Shown: positions 44,566 to 56,042, counted from the first letter of the stretch. The stretch: DNA of 64,000 nt from an uncultured Bacteroidales bacterium (GCA_963698535.1 CAVORD010000002.1:10900-74899), one strand, 5' to 3'. Notes: a model not told the origin generated them from the letters alone. Made by a program: numbers and translations.

Positions 44566-47548
44566 CGACCAGGTGGTTATATTGCCTTACAAGTTCCGAT
44601 AGTTCATCATTACCGCTGTATTTTAATGGTTCACTTTTCTTTCCAAGTTCGATGCTTGCCAGCCCTTCTCTTAACAACCTCAGCGGATAGGTAATCTTTT
44701 CACTTATAAAAACAGCGAGGGCCATTGTAACGATAATGAGGAGGAGTGTAAAGTTAACCACGGTGACCACCATCCCTGAAACCTCGGCGGTAAGAGTGCT
44801 CTGCAGTGTGAAATAGGGAAGATTGAGGTATGCCAGCAGATTGCCCTGATAATTGAATACCGGCATATATCCGCTTTGATAACTCATCTTACCTGTCTGC
44901 TCCTGATGGATATATTCCGACGATCCCTCAACTGCAAGCCTGTAGTAAGCGTCAGCGTTCATCAGGCTCCCCTTGAGCTCCCTGGAAAACAATTCAGGAC
45001 GGGATGTTGCGATCAGAGATCCATCTGGTCCGTAAAGGTTAATGTCGTTGTAAAAGACATTGGAGAATTTCACCAGTAACTCATCGAGAGAGGTGTATCC
45101 ATCCTCCTTCCAGTTTCTGTCGATAGTCTGGTATTTGCTGAGCTTGTGATCCAGCTCAATACTTACCGATGCGAGTTTCTCTTTTATGTTTCTGTTATGC
45201 CTTACCCTGTACTGTTCGATAGTGAGATAACTTACCCCGAAGCCAATTGCCAGAAATGAACCGGTAATAATGACAAGGAATGAAACCTGAAGACGTTGCC
45301 GGAAGTTATCCTGATAGAGTCTCCATGAGAATGAACCTGACCCGATAACCTGCATCACTGAGGCGAAAAGAAGAATAAAAACGAAGAGATATGCAAAACC
45401 TGTGACCTTGTCTATAGGTCTTACCTCCGGTCTGCTTATTATTACACTGATGCTCCCCTGCTGGTAACAAAAATGCTGGTTTCCTCTTTCGCTGAAGGAG
45501 TAGTATTCGCCATCCCCTATATTCTCATTGGGGAGGATCTCAGAATAGGGGTACTCGCCCGTCCTTACAGCAAGCATATCATTTACATACTTAGCCGACG
45601 AATACTCTTTAAGTCCTGAAAACCTGGAGTACCTCTTATCAAGCAGAAGTTCGGGGTAGCCTGCCTGAAAAGTTGTGACCTGACTGACAAGCTCGATAAA
45701 AACGGCATTTCTCTCTCCCTCCGGTGTACTATGGTAAACGGCACCCAGATAGTAAGCCCTGCCGGCTTCATTCTCGATAAACCAGAATCCTGTTCCGGTT
45801 ATACTCTCGCCTTTCCTGGTGATCCTGTCGCCAAAGAAGGTAAAGCAGTTGTCGATAAGGTTATCGTCTGCAGCCAGACGCAGTTTAGATTCATCGGTAC
45901 AAAGGACGTAACCTATATCATAATTGTTCCAGTAACCATCAAAATAGTTCCTGTCGAGGTGGGAAGTGATACGTTCTACATCCAAAGGCGTAAAATATGG
46001 TTTCTCCAATATCTTCAGCAGGATCGAATCGGATGAAATTCCCGGCCAGCTCTCGATAAGAAGGTATTCAGCCAGAGGATCATGATCGGTAGCATACGAT
46101 ACAGCCAGAACTTTCAGGTTCTCCTTCTCCTTGTCATTGCTGTACCTCAGGATAAGTACAAGGAAAAAGATGGCCAGTACTGCAGAGATTATCACGGTCC
46201 CGTTAAAAAATCTGAAGTTATATCTCTTAACCAGATAGTTTGTAATAAACAGCAGTGCAAACAGAACAACTGATACCGTAATATAGATCCCATAAAAGAG
46301 GAAAGCCCCGACTACTGAAAGTATAAAAGGGATCGGGATAAGGAACCACTTTGAAAAGTCTGAATTGATTAATCTTATAACAGCAATAATCATGATAAGC
46401 TCAACTGCCAGAACCATCGATAATATTGAGAATAACGCCACAACACTGAACCAGTCGATCTTAAGGATATTATAAGTCTCCAGACTTATATTTGAGTTAA
46501 GCAGCAGGTGCCTGACGAGCCCAGATATTAATACAATACCGATAAAGGCTGTAGCCGGAAGGATTCCTGTCACAAAAGATTCTTTAGTACCACGGTAAGG
46601 ATCACCCTTATGATCCGACCATACGCGGAAGAAATTGAATATAAGGATGAGGAGTAAAAGTGAAAGGATAAGGAGATGACCACACGATGGTATGACCGGT
46701 CCCAATGTGAATTCAAGGGGAGAGAACAGTCTCTCTCCCATTTGCATCAATCCCGGTAACTCAGGAATAAGGAAAAGAGCATAGGTAATAAGGTGCACTC
46801 CTATATTCAGGGCAACACCTGCTAAAATCTTTTTCTCAAGAAGAAGTTTCATGACCATTCGACCTGTAAGCCAAAGAATGGTGATGATCAGAAGCAGTGC
46901 AGGTATAAACCTTAACAGGAGTGCCAGAGAAGTCAATTGACCCTCAGGTATTAAAATTCTAAACAGGATATCTCCCGATCGGCCTATTACGGGAAATCCG
47001 GCCTCGCTCTTTGTATCAGTGATCAGCTTCTCTTCCCCTGTAGAACCCCTTAGTCCGACAAAGCCGTCGGTAAAGAAATCGTTGGTAAGACTATAGTCGC
47101 TGTAAACACGTGAAAGTGCTATGAGCGACAGACCGGCGGTATCGTACCGTTCATTCAGAAACCATCCATTATTAATAAAGACCAGCGGGGTGGAAAGCTC
47201 TCCGTTCTTCAGTTGCGGGAAAGCATCAAAACTGTTGTCATTCCAGTAGACAAGATCTCCTGCTCTGTAGACCAGAAAAGAGACCGACTCCTTTTCGAAA
47301 TTTCTAAAGAGGGTTCCCCCGGGATCAAGAGGCAATGAAAATGTGCTGTCGGCAATCTCATCGACAGCCAAACGGATAAGTGAGTTACATTTCTCCTCTC
47401 TCCCAATCAGGCTCCTCTCATATTTTCTGAGATATTGCTCCCTGAACCAGCTGCCGCCGGTAACAAAGTATATTAAGATAGTCAGGATGAATAGTGATAT
47501 TAGGATAACTATGTTTCTGACCGATTTCCCGGGACCTGTTATGATCAT
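44480..47548 (-). CDS. Sensor histidine kinase, N-terminal fragment (multi-TM sensor region + HAMP-like linker)
   Basis: About 1000 aa with many TM helices and two large extracytoplasmic loops. It ends ...LVRQYNHLVDELE and overlaps the kinase-core fragment by 86 nt in another frame. Confidence 0.75.
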   Translation of the reverse strand: MIITGPGKSVRNIVILISLFILTILIYFVTGGSWFREQYLRKYERSLIGREEKCNSLIRLAVDEIADSTFSLPLDPGGTLFRNFEKESVSFLVYRAGDLVYWNDNSFDAFPQLKNGELSTPLVFINNGWFLNERYDTAGLSLIALSRVYSDYSLTNDFFTDGFVGLRGSTGEEKLITDTKSEAGFPVIGRSGDILFRILIPEGQLTSLALLLRFIPALLLIITILWLTGRMVMKLLLEKKILAGVALNIGVHLITYALFLIPELPGLMQMGERLFSPLEFTLGPVIPSCGHLLILSLLLLILIFNFFRVWSDHKGDPYRGTKESFVTGILPATAFIGIVLISGLVRHLLLNSNISLETYNILKIDWFSVVALFSILSMVLAVELIMIIAVIRLINSDFSKWFLIPIPFILSVVGAFLFYGIYITVSVVLFALLFITNYLVKRYNFRFFNGTVIISAVLAIFFLVLILRYSNDKEKENLKVLAVSYATDHDPLAEYLLIESWPGISSDSILLKILEKPYFTPLDVERITSHLDRNYFDGYWNNYDIGYVLCTDESKLRLAADDNLIDNCFTFFGDRITRKGESITGTGFWFIENEAGRAYYLGAVYHSTPEGERNAVFIELVSQVTTFQAGYPELLLDKRYSRFSGLKEYSSAKYVNDMLAVRTGEYPYSEILPNENIGDGEYYSFSERGNQHFCYQQGSISVIISRPEVRPIDKVTGFAYLFVFILLFASVMQVIGSGSFSWRLYQDNFRQRLQVSFLVIITGSFLAIGFGVSYLTIEQYRVRHNRNIKEKLASVSIELDHKLSKYQTIDRNWKEDGYTSLDELLVKFSNVFYNDINLYGPDGSLIATSRPELFSRELKGSLMNADAYYRLAVEGSSEYIHQEQTGKMSYQSGYMPVFNYQGNLLAYLNLPYFTLQSTLTAEVSGMVVTVVNFTLLLIIVTMALAVFISEKITYPLRLLREGLASIELGKKSEPLKYSGNDELSELVRQYNHLVDELEAECESAVGIREGGGLERDGKADSS

Positions 47549-47558
47549 TTTGGCTTTA

Positions 47559-48032
47559 TTAGTCGTGATGATAAGGCTCGCCCTTTATAATGGTAAAAAC
47601 TCTGTACAGCTGCTCAAGAAACAATAATCGTACCAACTGATGAGGAAATGTCAGCTGAGAAAGGGACAGTTTTTCGTCGGCTCTTTTATATACCTCCTCT
47701 GAGAAGCCGTATGCGCCACCCGAAAGGAAGAGTATTCTCTTTTTTCCTGACATTAATAGTCCTTCAAATCTTGTGGCAAAATTTCTGGTTGTATACTCCT
47801 TGCCATGCTCATCAAGAAGAATTACATAATCATCATCGGTAATTGCTGCAAGCTGGGACCTCCCCTCCCTGTTCTTCTGCTCAATCTGTGGCATGTTTCT
47901 TGTATTCCTGATATCCGGAATTGTAATAATTTCAAAGGGGACATATTTTTTGATGCGACCGGAATAATCATCTGACCCTGTTTGTACAGAAGTCACATTG
48001 GTTTTGCCGGTTTGAATAAAAGCAACCTTCAT
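47559..48032 (-). CDS. rlmH: 23S rRNA (pseudouridine1915-N3)-methyltransferase RlmH
   Basis: 157 aa, SPOUT fold. C-terminus GGAYGFSEEV...LSLSQLTFPHQLVRLLFLEQLYRVFTIIKGEPYHH. Confidence 0.9.
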   Translation of the reverse strand: MKVAFIQTGKTNVTSVQTGSDDYSGRIKKYVPFEIITIPDIRNTRNMPQIEQKNREGRSQLAAITDDDYVILLDEHGKEYTTRNFATRFEGLLMSGKKRILFLSGGAYGFSEEVYKRADEKLSLSQLTFPHQLVRLLFLEQLYRVFTIIKGEPYHHD

Positions 48033-48132
48033 CTGTGTTTATACGCCTTATAAAGCTATTAAGTAACAAAAATATAAGATAATTATAATATCCCTTAAGT
48101 TATGGCTCGTTTTGAAATTCTGCAATAAATCT

Positions 48133-48140
48133 TAAATTTG
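48133..48140 (+). promoter_or_regulatory. Bacteroidota-type -7 promoter box (TAnnTTTG) upstream of DUF4783/nadC
   Basis: TAAATTTG, 47 nt upstream of the ATG at 48187. Confidence 0.4.
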
Positions 48141-48186
48141 TGACGGGAGTGGTCATCCACAAACGGTGGGTAATAGATAAAATGAA

Positions 48187-48582
48187 ATGAAAAGAACTAT
48201 TCTGATAACCTTTGTTCTGATCTCTTTTCTAAGTCCTTCGGTGGCTCAGGAAAAGATCCCTGCCGGTATCTCTCTGGCTTTCAGGGCAGGTAATGCATCA
48301 GAGCTGGCAAAATATCTCAATTCAACAGTCGAGATATTACTTCTTGATACTGAGGATTTCTACAAGAAGGGTGTTGCTGAAACTATTTTGAAGGATTTCT
48401 TTGCAAGTTATCCCTGCACCGATTTTACAATCCTGCATCAGGGAGCCAAGAACGAGGCTCAATATGCAATAGGCAATCTAAAATCAACAAAAGGCTCTTT
48501 CAGGGTCTACTTTCTGCTGAAGAAAGTCGGATCGGAATTCTTAATACACCAGATCAGGATTGAAACTGACAACGGACGATAG
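48187..48582 (+). CDS. DUF4783 domain-containing protein
   Basis: Signal peptide. ...GNASELAKYLNSTVEILLLD.....Y.K..AE.ILKDFF....C..F.ILHQG......YAIG.L....G.FRVY..LKK. The position upstream of nadC is typical for this family in Bacteroidota. Confidence 0.6.
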   Translation: MKRTILITFVLISFLSPSVAQEKIPAGISLAFRAGNASELAKYLNSTVEILLLDTEDFYKKGVAETILKDFFASYPCTDFTILHQGAKNEAQYAIGNLKSTKGSFRVYFLLKKVGSEFLIHQIRIETDNGR

Positions 48583-49414
48583 CTGGCTCAGGGCTCTTAT
48601 CACAACAGCACTTAGCGAAGATGTGGGTGATGGTGATCACTCATCGTTGGCATCCATTCCCTCAGGGAGTGAGGGCAGAGCAAAACTACTGGTGAAGGAG
48701 CAGGGTGTACTTGCTGGGGTAAGACCCGTTTTAGAGTTGTTCTCAATAGCTGATTCCCTTTTACAGACCGACCTTCTTATCAGAGACGGAGCCAGGATTA
48801 AACCGGGAGATATCGTTCTAACGGTATCGGGTTCAGTACATTCAATACTAAGGACCGAACGACTGGCTCTCAATATTATGCAAAGGATGAGTGGCATTGC
48901 CACAACGACAGCCGAATATGTTGATGCTGTTTCAGGTTATAATGCCAGAATACTCGATACCCGTAAAACGACACCGGGGATCAGGAGGCTTGAAAAGGAG
49001 GCTGTAAGAATTGGTGGCGGATACAATCACAGGATGGGACTTTACGATATGATAATGCTGAAGGATAATCACATCGATTATGCCGGAGGCATAAGGAAAT
49101 CTATCGAGAGGACCAAAGAGTATCTGATGCGTTCCGGCAAGGATCTGAGGATTGAAATAGAGGCGAGGTCAATAAAGGATATCGAAGAGATCATTGAAAC
49201 GGGTGGTGTACACAGAGTGATGCTCGACAATTTTACGCCCGAACTGACCGAGAAAGCCATACACCTCATCGACGGACAATTCGAAACAGAATCATCCGGT
49301 GGTATTACGCTTGAAAACATACGATCGTACGCTAAAACAGGAGTAGATTTTATTTCAGTTGGAGCGCTAACCCACCATATTAAAAGCCTGGACCTCAGCC
49401 TTAAAGCATATTGA
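48560..49414 (+). CDS. nadC: Nicotinate-nucleotide pyrophosphorylase (carboxylating) NadC
   Basis: ALSEDVGDGDHSS, TERLALNIMQRMSGIAT, LDTRKTTPG.R.LEK.AV..GGG.NHR.GL.D, and a C-terminal ESSGGIT. Only a TTG (48560) or CTG (48566) start is available after the in-frame stop at 48542. Confidence 0.9.
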   Translation: MKLTTDDSWLRALITTALSEDVGDGDHSSLASIPSGSEGRAKLLVKEQGVLAGVRPVLELFSIADSLLQTDLLIRDGARIKPGDIVLTVSGSVHSILRTERLALNIMQRMSGIATTTAEYVDAVSGYNARILDTRKTTPGIRRLEKEAVRIGGGYNHRMGLYDMIMLKDNHIDYAGGIRKSIERTKEYLMRSGKDLRIEIEARSIKDIEEIIETGGVHRVMLDNFTPELTEKAIHLIDGQFETESSGGITLENIRSYAKTGVDFISVGALTHHIKSLDLSLKAY

Positions 49415-50370
49415 TGAAGATCGGTGGTCATGACGTGGAAAAACAAAAACGGAGCAAGCTAAGAAATCTGGTGCTTCCGGGATTCAGTGGCGTCCCTATA
49501 GTTGATGTTTTTACCTTCGTGGTGCGTGGTTTCGGAAGAGGGACGCTTGTAACTCGTGCCTCATCAATGGCCTTTAACATGCTGATGGCTGTCATCCCCA
49601 GCACCATATTCATTTTTACACTTATTCCATTTATTCCCATTGAGAATTTCCAAAGGGAGCTTGTTGTGCTCTTCGAGAGCGTTTTGCCGTCGAATGTCTA
49701 CTCGTTCCTTGAGAGTACGATCGTTGATGTGGTGACCAGGAGAAGCGGTACTCTTCTCATTTTCATGTTTCTGGCCACAGTTCTGTTTTCCACTAACGGT
49801 ATACATTCCCTTATCCACTCCTTTGTGGTGTCGGCCCATGATTTCAAAGCCAGATCGTGGATAGAGCAGCGTAAAATTTCAATTGTCCTTTTACTTATTC
49901 TCCATTCACTCATCTATCTGGCGGGAGGACTTATAATTTTCGGGAAGTTTTGTGTTGAGTCACTCGTTGATGCCGGACTAATTGAATCGGGACTTGTTTA
50001 CTATATCCTGATAATTTTCAAATGGCTCCTTTCAACCGTCCTGCTATTCATTGGAATATCGTTTCTATACTGGCTTGCCCCGGCCCGTCGATCTGAGTTC
50101 ACCTTTATCTCCGCCGGATCTACCCTTGCCACGCTTCTTTTCATCTCAACGTCGCTGGGTTTCAGTGCCTACGTCAACAATTTTGGTCAGTATAATAAGC
50201 TGTACGGATCGATAGGCACCCTTATGGTAATACTTATCTGGCTCTATCTTAATTCAATAGCCCTGCTTATTGGTTTCGAGATCAACCTCAGTATCAGGGC
50301 TGCCAACGGATCGCTGAAAGACGGACTACAGGATGTTAACCACAATGAAGATACTTCTTCACCAGGGTAG
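49414..50370 (+). CDS. YihY/BrkB-family membrane protein
   Basis: Six TM helices, with RASSMAFNMLMAVIPS...YG.IGTLMVILIWLYLNSIALLIGFEIN. The ATG overlaps the nadC stop (ATGA). Confidence 0.8.
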   Translation: MKIGGHDVEKQKRSKLRNLVLPGFSGVPIVDVFTFVVRGFGRGTLVTRASSMAFNMLMAVIPSTIFIFTLIPFIPIENFQRELVVLFESVLPSNVYSFLESTIVDVVTRRSGTLLIFMFLATVLFSTNGIHSLIHSFVVSAHDFKARSWIEQRKISIVLLLILHSLIYLAGGLIIFGKFCVESLVDAGLIESGLVYYILIIFKWLLSTVLLFIGISFLYWLAPARRSEFTFISAGSTLATLLFISTSLGFSAYVNNFGQYNKLYGSIGTLMVILIWLYLNSIALLIGFEINLSIRAANGSLKDGLQDVNHNEDTSSPG

Positions 50371-51841
50371 AGATCTCATCATTCTTACCGTATAATCTCT
50401 CGCTCAGGTTCTCATCCTGATAGCTTTTCAGTTTAGCTGCCACATTATCGATCACTCCAGCCGGGAATACTCCGTTCTTTTCGAAGAAGGCCCTTTTCCC
50501 TATCAAAGAATCGGCTGATTCCCAACAGCTTGCAGGAAGCTTCTCCAGCTCCGACTGTTTGCTCTTATTCTCCTCCTTGAAAATATTGACTTTAACATAT
50601 AGCCTGGCCGCAAGATCGAGTGCTCCGTCCATTTCCAGTCCGTGCTGTGTTGCAACAACCAGTCCAGCCATCAGCTTATAGAGATCGGCCGAGCCATCCG
50701 GTGACCGCAATTCTACTGTCTGTCGTGTCTGAAAATCGGGCACCTCAGAATCATCTACAGGGTTAGCATCCTTAATCATTTGCGAAGCGCCCACCCATCC
50801 GAGCGGAACCCTTACCAGAACCGACCTGTTCCTGTCGCCCCAGCAGATATTTGTCGGCGCCTCCTGGTGAGGCACAAGCCTGAGGTACGATGTGGGTATT
50901 GTATTTCCAAAAGCTGTCAATGGCCTGGCAAGATCGAGGATCCCTGCGATCATTCTTCTTGCGGTATCGCTTAGTATACCATTCTCAACCATAACGTTCT
51001 TACCATCTTTCTCAAGGAGCATATGAATATGCATCCCTGATCCTGCCTTCCCAACTGTTATTTTCGGTGCAAAACTTACCTCCACTCCATATTCATAACC
51101 GAGCATCCTGACGATCCATTTTGCAATAAGCATCTGATCGACCGCCTCATCAACTTCAACCGGGAGAAACTCTATTTCGTGCTGTTCATAATCCTCTTCC
51201 TCCTTGGTGAAGCTACCCACTTCAGAATGGCCATATTTAATCTTGCAACCTGCCTTGGCACAAAGGTCAAGCGCACTAACCCTTAAGTCTTCAAATTTTG
51301 CAAAAGGTTTCGACTGGTGGTAACCCCGTTGATCCAGCAGAGGATAGAGTTCGTCATGATATGATTTCACATAATACTCAAGCTCACCCAAAGCCTTCAT
51401 TTTCATGCCGGTAGCCTCTTTAAATTGAGTGTAGGCCTTTTTTAGTATATATTCAGGGGCACTTTCAAGGGGTTTACCTACGCTATTATAAAATGAACAA
51501 AGTATATCGAGAGTAGGTTCCACTGTAAATGGGTTCATAAAAGCAGTCCGGTATCTCGGAATCACATAAAGATCACTTGACCCTGCCTCAACGAATGAGA
51601 AGAGGCTGGAACCGTCGACACGCTCGCCGGCAGAAAGAATAGTCTCAAGATGGTCGCGGCTATGTGGAACAAAGTTCAATGATTTTAAACGGCCATCCTC
51701 GGCAACGTACCGGAAATTAACCATCTTAATGGCTCTTCCTTCTATAAACCTAAGAATATCGTTCCTTGTAAATTCCGATGCAGGCTTTTTCAGAAACTGA
51801 ACAAGCTCATTGGGATTTAACAGTACATCGTTGTTTTTCAT
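50336..51841 (-). CDS. glnA: Glutamine synthetase family protein (~500 aa)
   Basis: N-terminal beta-grasp region, then catalytic-domain motifs KAGSGMHIHM and ...N.CWGDRNRS.LVRVP. Its end overlaps the yihY-like gene end by 35 nt (convergent). Confidence 0.8.
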   Translation of the reverse strand: MKNNDVLLNPNELVQFLKKPASEFTRNDILRFIEGRAIKMVNFRYVAEDGRLKSLNFVPHSRDHLETILSAGERVDGSSLFSFVEAGSSDLYVIPRYRTAFMNPFTVEPTLDILCSFYNSVGKPLESAPEYILKKAYTQFKEATGMKMKALGELEYYVKSYHDELYPLLDQRGYHQSKPFAKFEDLRVSALDLCAKAGCKIKYGHSEVGSFTKEEEDYEQHEIEFLPVEVDEAVDQMLIAKWIVRMLGYEYGVEVSFAPKITVGKAGSGMHIHMLLEKDGKNVMVENGILSDTARRMIAGILDLARPLTAFGNTIPTSYLRLVPHQEAPTNICWGDRNRSVLVRVPLGWVGASQMIKDANPVDDSEVPDFQTRQTVELRSPDGSADLYKLMAGLVVATQHGLEMDGALDLAARLYVKVNIFKEENKSKQSELEKLPASCWESADSLIGKRAFFEKNGVFPAGVIDNVAAKLKSYQDENLSERLYGKNDEISTLVKKYLHCG

Positions 51842-51866
51842 GTTGCTATCTTATCTTGAGGGATTG

Positions 51867-51874
51867 CAAAAATA
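51867..51874 (-). promoter_or_regulatory. Bacteroidota-type -7 promoter box (TAnnTTTG) upstream of glutamine synthetase
   Basis: The minus strand reads TATTTTTG, 25 nt upstream of the ATG at 51841. Confidence 0.5.
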
Positions 51875-51986
51875 GAAAATTAAATAGATGCTGCAAACCG
51901 GAAAAATCATCCATTTTTGCAACGATCAACTATTTAATCTTTCATTTCAGGAAGAATTTTATACTTTTGGGAATCAAACCCTTCCT

Positions 51987-53288
51987 ATGTACAAAATCTT
52001 CTTACTCACGATAATTGTGTTGGTTGCCGGATGCAAGGAAGATCCTGGTGTCGGGTACTTTTCATCTGAAAAGGCTATATCCTATTTTGAAAGAATAAAA
52101 GAGACCACCGCCAAGGATGACGGAAAACTATGGGGGCAGAATCTCTATGGCCCCATAATGTATGTCGATCAGGTATCCAGGACCATTTATGCCAACATGC
52201 CCGATGAGGAGGGCCTGCTCAAGGAGAAGGATGGTATCTATACCGGCATATACCCTAAGGAAAAGGTAATAAATAACATTGCCGTTGAGTATGGCGGAAC
52301 GCTATTCGCCATGGCTAATCTGCCATCCAGGGAAGATGATTACAGAATTTATGCACGGGCTGTCCATGGTCTGTTCCATGTGTTTCAGGCCAAGAATAAT
52401 CTCGACCCTGGAGGCTACAACACGCTGCACATGAATGAGCCTAAGGCCCGTTTATGGTTAAAACTGGAGTGGAAGGCACTTGAGGCAGCATTGATGTCAG
52501 ACAGTCTGAGCCGCCAACTTTCACTACGGGATGCGCTGATCTTTCGCGGAGCCAGGCATGAGTATTATCCGGGGATGGTAAAGGAGGAGGTCAAATTTGA
52601 GGACTATGAGGGGCTGGCTACTTTTACCTATACCCTTCTGTGCACAGAGAACAAGGACGAATTTCGTACCCGTCTGATAGAATATATGAAAAGGACATAT
52701 GAGAACCAGTCATATGTTTACTCATTCGGCTTTATTCACGGTGCACTCTACGCTTATCTTTTGCATGATGCCGGCTTTGATTTCAGAAAGATCAACACTC
52801 CGGGAACCGACCTTGCGGCCCTTTCAGCTGAGGCATACAATATTCAGTTACCGGATGTTTGCCGTGACGTGGCAGGAAGCATTGCTGTTAACTATAATCT
52901 GGAACAGATCAAAGAGGAAGAAAACAAAAGGCAGAGTGAGATGTCTGAAGTTATCCGAAATAAGGTTGGCCTCTTTATGGAAAAACCGGTGGTTTATATA
53001 GAACTTATCTCTCCCTCGTTTTCCTATGAACCTGAAGATATTAATTCACTGGATACACTGGGCACATTATACTCCTCTATCAGGGTTTCTGATGACTGGG
53101 GTAAGATCACCGTGGATGCCCCCGGATGTCTGGTTAGCAATAACCTTAAATTCCTTCGTATCACAGCGAAGGGATTCAAGGAGGAGAAGAACCATTATTG
53201 GGGCGATGGATGGCACCTCATGCTAAACGACAGCTGGCAGATCGTGAAGGTTGATCAGAATCTGTTTATTCGCAGGCTTATGCCGTAA
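51987..53288 (+). CDS. Hypothetical lipoprotein
   Basis: The ATG at 51987 gives MYKIFLLTIIVLVAGC (lipobox). I recognise no family. The ORF-track start is 51888. Confidence 0.6.
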   Translation: MYKIFLLTIIVLVAGCKEDPGVGYFSSEKAISYFERIKETTAKDDGKLWGQNLYGPIMYVDQVSRTIYANMPDEEGLLKEKDGIYTGIYPKEKVINNIAVEYGGTLFAMANLPSREDDYRIYARAVHGLFHVFQAKNNLDPGGYNTLHMNEPKARLWLKLEWKALEAALMSDSLSRQLSLRDALIFRGARHEYYPGMVKEEVKFEDYEGLATFTYTLLCTENKDEFRTRLIEYMKRTYENQSYVYSFGFIHGALYAYLLHDAGFDFRKINTPGTDLAALSAEAYNIQLPDVCRDVAGSIAVNYNLEQIKEEENKRQSEMSEVIRNKVGLFMEKPVVYIELISPSFSYEPEDINSLDTLGTLYSSIRVSDDWGKITVDAPGCLVSNNLKFLRITAKGFKEEKNHYWGDGWHLMLNDSWQIVKVDQNLFIRRLMP

Positions 53289-53301
53289 AAGGCTGAACGG
53301 G

Positions 53302-55935
53302 TTATAAACTTCTCAGCGATTCGATCTGGTTTTCCAGCAGTGAAATCTTTGATTCAGCGTCAGCCTGCTTCTTTCTCTCAACATCTACCACAGCAACCGG
53401 GGCACTATTTACAAAGCGCTCATTCGACAACTTACCCATGACGCTTTTCAGAAAACCCCGCAAATAACTGAGTTCCTTTTCAAGTTTCTCTATTTCAGCT
53501 TCTTTGTCGAACTTTTCCTCGAGAGGAATAAAGAACTCCCTTGTCCCTACCAGAAATGAGATTGCTCCTGCCGGTTTTTCTTCCGAGCACCGCAACGAAG
53601 AAAGATTACCCAGCTTGATAATTATAGGTTCATAACTATTGACCGGCGATCCTTCCGCTGCATTCATAAGAAGAATCAGTTGTTCTTTCATGGCCAGATT
53701 ACGTTCTTTCCTTACATTACGTACAGCACTTATTATTTCACGTGCCTCATCAAAGGCAGACAGTTTCTCACTGTCGAAGCTACCGGCTTTTGGCATTGAT
53801 GATACCATAATACTCTCGCCTTCATTCCGTACAGCCACCTGTTGCCACAGCTCCTCCGTTATGAAAGGCATAAACGGGTGGAGCACCAGAAGCAATTGTT
53901 CAAGTATTGATAATGTAGAATTGAGTGTCTTAATGTCGATTGGCTTCTCATATTCCGGTTTAATAGCCTCCAGATACCACGCTGAAAAATCGTCCCAGAA
54001 CAGTTTGTATGAGATCATCAATGCATCGCTGATCCTGAATTTATCAAAGCTATCATCAATCTCAGCCAATGTCCTGTTCAGAGCCTCCTTCATCCACTCG
54101 ACAGCGAGTCGTGATGACTCAGGCTGCTCTATCTTTCCATCAGATTCCCACCCCTGTATCAGGCGATAGGCATTCCATATCTTATTGGCAAAATTTCTTC
54201 CCTGCTCAGGCAGAGAGTCGTCGTACAGCAGGTCATTTCCTGCGGGGGAGCATAGCAGCATTCCTACCCTCACGCCATCGGCACCATATTTTGTAATGAG
54301 GTCAAGGGGATCGGGTGAATTACCAAGCGATTTAGACATTTTCTTCCGCTGCTTATCTCTCACCAGTCCATGCAGATATACATTACTGAATGGTTTTTCT
54401 CCTGTATATTCATAACCGGCAATAATCATTCTGGCAACCCAGAAAAAGAGAATCTCCGGTGCCGTTATAAGGTCATTTGTCGGATAATAGTATTTCATAT
54501 CATCGTTTCCCGGATCATTAATACCGTCAAAGGCAGCTATAGGCCAGAGCCATGATGAGAACCATGTATCAAGCACATCCTCATCCTGCCTTAGGTCGTC
54601 TGATGAAAGGTTGCTATTACCGCTCTTTTTTCTTGCAAGGGAGAGAGCTTCTTCCTCATTTCCAGCAACCACAAAGTCATTATTATTGTAGTACCATGCC
54701 GGTATACGATGGCCCCACCACAATTGTCTGGAGATGCACCAATCGCGAACATTCTCCATCCAGTGACGATAAACGTTTACATATTTCGAAGGATGAATTT
54801 CAACATCTCCTTCCAGAACTGCCTTCAGGGCAGGTTTTGCGAGATCCTCCATCTTAAGGAACCACTGCATGGAAAGTTTAGGCTCAATAATAGAGTTTGT
54901 TCTTTCCGACCGGCCTACCTTATTTACATATTCCTCAACCTTACCCAGAGCACCTGAAGCCTTAAGATCATTTACAGCCATCTCTCTGGCTGCAAAACGG
55001 TCAACTCCTGAATATACTCCTATATCACTGCTTATTGTACCATTATCGTTAAAGATATCGATAGAAGGAAGATTATGCCTTATTCCTATTTCATAGTCGT
55101 TGATATCGTGGGCAGGAGTAATCTTAAGACAACCCGTTCCAAAATCCATCTCAACATAATCATCGAAGATAAAGGGTACTTCCCTGTCAACAAGAGGAAC
55201 TATTACCCTCTTTCCCTTCATATGTGCATATCTCTTATCAGCAGGGTTTGCACATACAGCTGTATCACCCAGAATGGTCTCCGGCCGGGTAGTGGCAATA
55301 GTTATAAAACCATCCTCTCCGGCGATCCTGTAATTAACATAGTAGAGTCTTGAGTTCTCCTCTGTATAGTTTACCTCCTCATCGGAAACTGCAGTCCTGG
55401 CTTCCGGATCCCAGTTTACCATCCTCACACCCTTGTATATCAGTCCCTTATTATGTAAGTCGACAAAAACTGATATCACTGAGTCGTATCTTTTTTCATC
55501 CATTGTGAAGAGTGTCCGATCCCAGTCACAAGAGGCTCCCAGTCTTTTAAGCTGCTCCAGTATTATACCGCCATGCTTGTCGGTCCATTCCCAGGCGTGT
55601 TTCAGAAATTCATCCCTTGAGAGATCTCTCTTATCAACACCCTCCGACTTAAGTTTGGCAACAACTTTTGCTTCTGTGGCAATTGAAGCATGATCTGTTC
55701 CCGGCACCCAGCACGCATTGAACCCCTGCATACGGGCTCTGCGGATAAGTACATCCTGGATCGTATTGTTAAGCATATGCCCCATATGCAATACCCCTGT
55801 TACGTTGGGCGGAGGTATAACTACAGTGTAGGGCTCACGATCGTCGGGAGTACTCTTAAAAAAATTGTTGTCAAGCCAGTATTTGTACCACTTATTTTCT
55901 GATGATGCGGGATCATATTTTGAAGAAACTGTCAT
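53302..55935 (-). CDS. valS: Valine--tRNA ligase
   Basis: 877 aa. HIGH-type [20 protein letters not shown]-terminal coiled coil. Confidence 0.97.
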   Translation of the reverse strand: MTVSSKYDPASSENKWYKYWLDNNFFKSTPDDREPYTVVIPPPNVTGVLHMGHMLNNTIQDVLIRRARMQGFNACWVPGTDHASIATEAKVVAKLKSEGVDKRDLSRDEFLKHAWEWTDKHGGIILEQLKRLGASCDWDRTLFTMDEKRYDSVISVFVDLHNKGLIYKGVRMVNWDPEARTAVSDEEVNYTEENSRLYYVNYRIAGEDGFITIATTRPETILGDTAVCANPADKRYAHMKGKRVIVPLVDREVPFIFDDYVEMDFGTGCLKITPAHDINDYEIGIRHNLPSIDIFNDNGTISSDIGVYSGVDRFAAREMAVNDLKASGALGKVEEYVNKVGRSERTNSIIEPKLSMQWFLKMEDLAKPALKAVLEGDVEIHPSKYVNVYRHWMENVRDWCISRQLWWGHRIPAWYYNNNDFVVAGNEEEALSLARKKSGNSNLSSDDLRQDEDVLDTWFSSWLWPIAAFDGINDPGNDDMKYYYPTNDLITAPEILFFWVARMIIAGYEYTGEKPFSNVYLHGLVRDKQRKKMSKSLGNSPDPLDLITKYGADGVRVGMLLCSPAGNDLLYDDSLPEQGRNFANKIWNAYRLIQGWESDGKIEQPESSRLAVEWMKEALNRTLAEIDDSFDKFRISDALMISYKLFWDDFSAWYLEAIKPEYEKPIDIKTLNSTLSILEQLLLVLHPFMPFITEELWQQVAVRNEGESIMVSSMPKAGSFDSEKLSAFDEAREIISAVRNVRKERNLAMKEQLILLMNAAEGSPVNSYEPIIIKLGNLSSLRCSEEKPAGAISFLVGTREFFIPLEEKFDKEAEIEKLEKELSYLRGFLKSVMGKLSNERFVNSAPVAVVDVERKKQADAESKISLLENQIESLRSL

Positions 55936-55961
55936 TCTCTGCTCACTGATTTAATAAGGTG

Positions 55962-55969
55962 CAAAAATA
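55962..55969 (-). promoter_or_regulatory. Bacteroidota-type -7 promoter box (TAnnTTTG) upstream of valS
   Basis: The minus strand reads TATTTTTG, 26 nt upstream of the ATG at 55935. Confidence 0.5.
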
Positions 55970-56042
55970 AGAAATTATGGTGAAGAAATTTTAAGCAATA
56001 CCTTTTATGCCGTTAATCATATTTTAATAACATTGGTTTCCT

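Noticed and set aside
48542-48582. A possible additional frameshift joining DUF4783 to nadC, because nadC lacks an ATG start.
   Set aside because: DUF4783 ends at a normal length with its own stop. The NadC N-terminus begins about 12 residues before the conserved ALSEDVGDGD motif, as expected. A TTG start at 48560 with a 23-nt overlap is the simpler explanation.
51987-53288. A possible metalloprotease call for the lipoprotein, based on AVHGLFHVF.
   Set aside because: The motif lacks the catalytic Glu of HExxH, and I found no third-ligand motif, so the evidence is insufficient. It is left as hypothetical.
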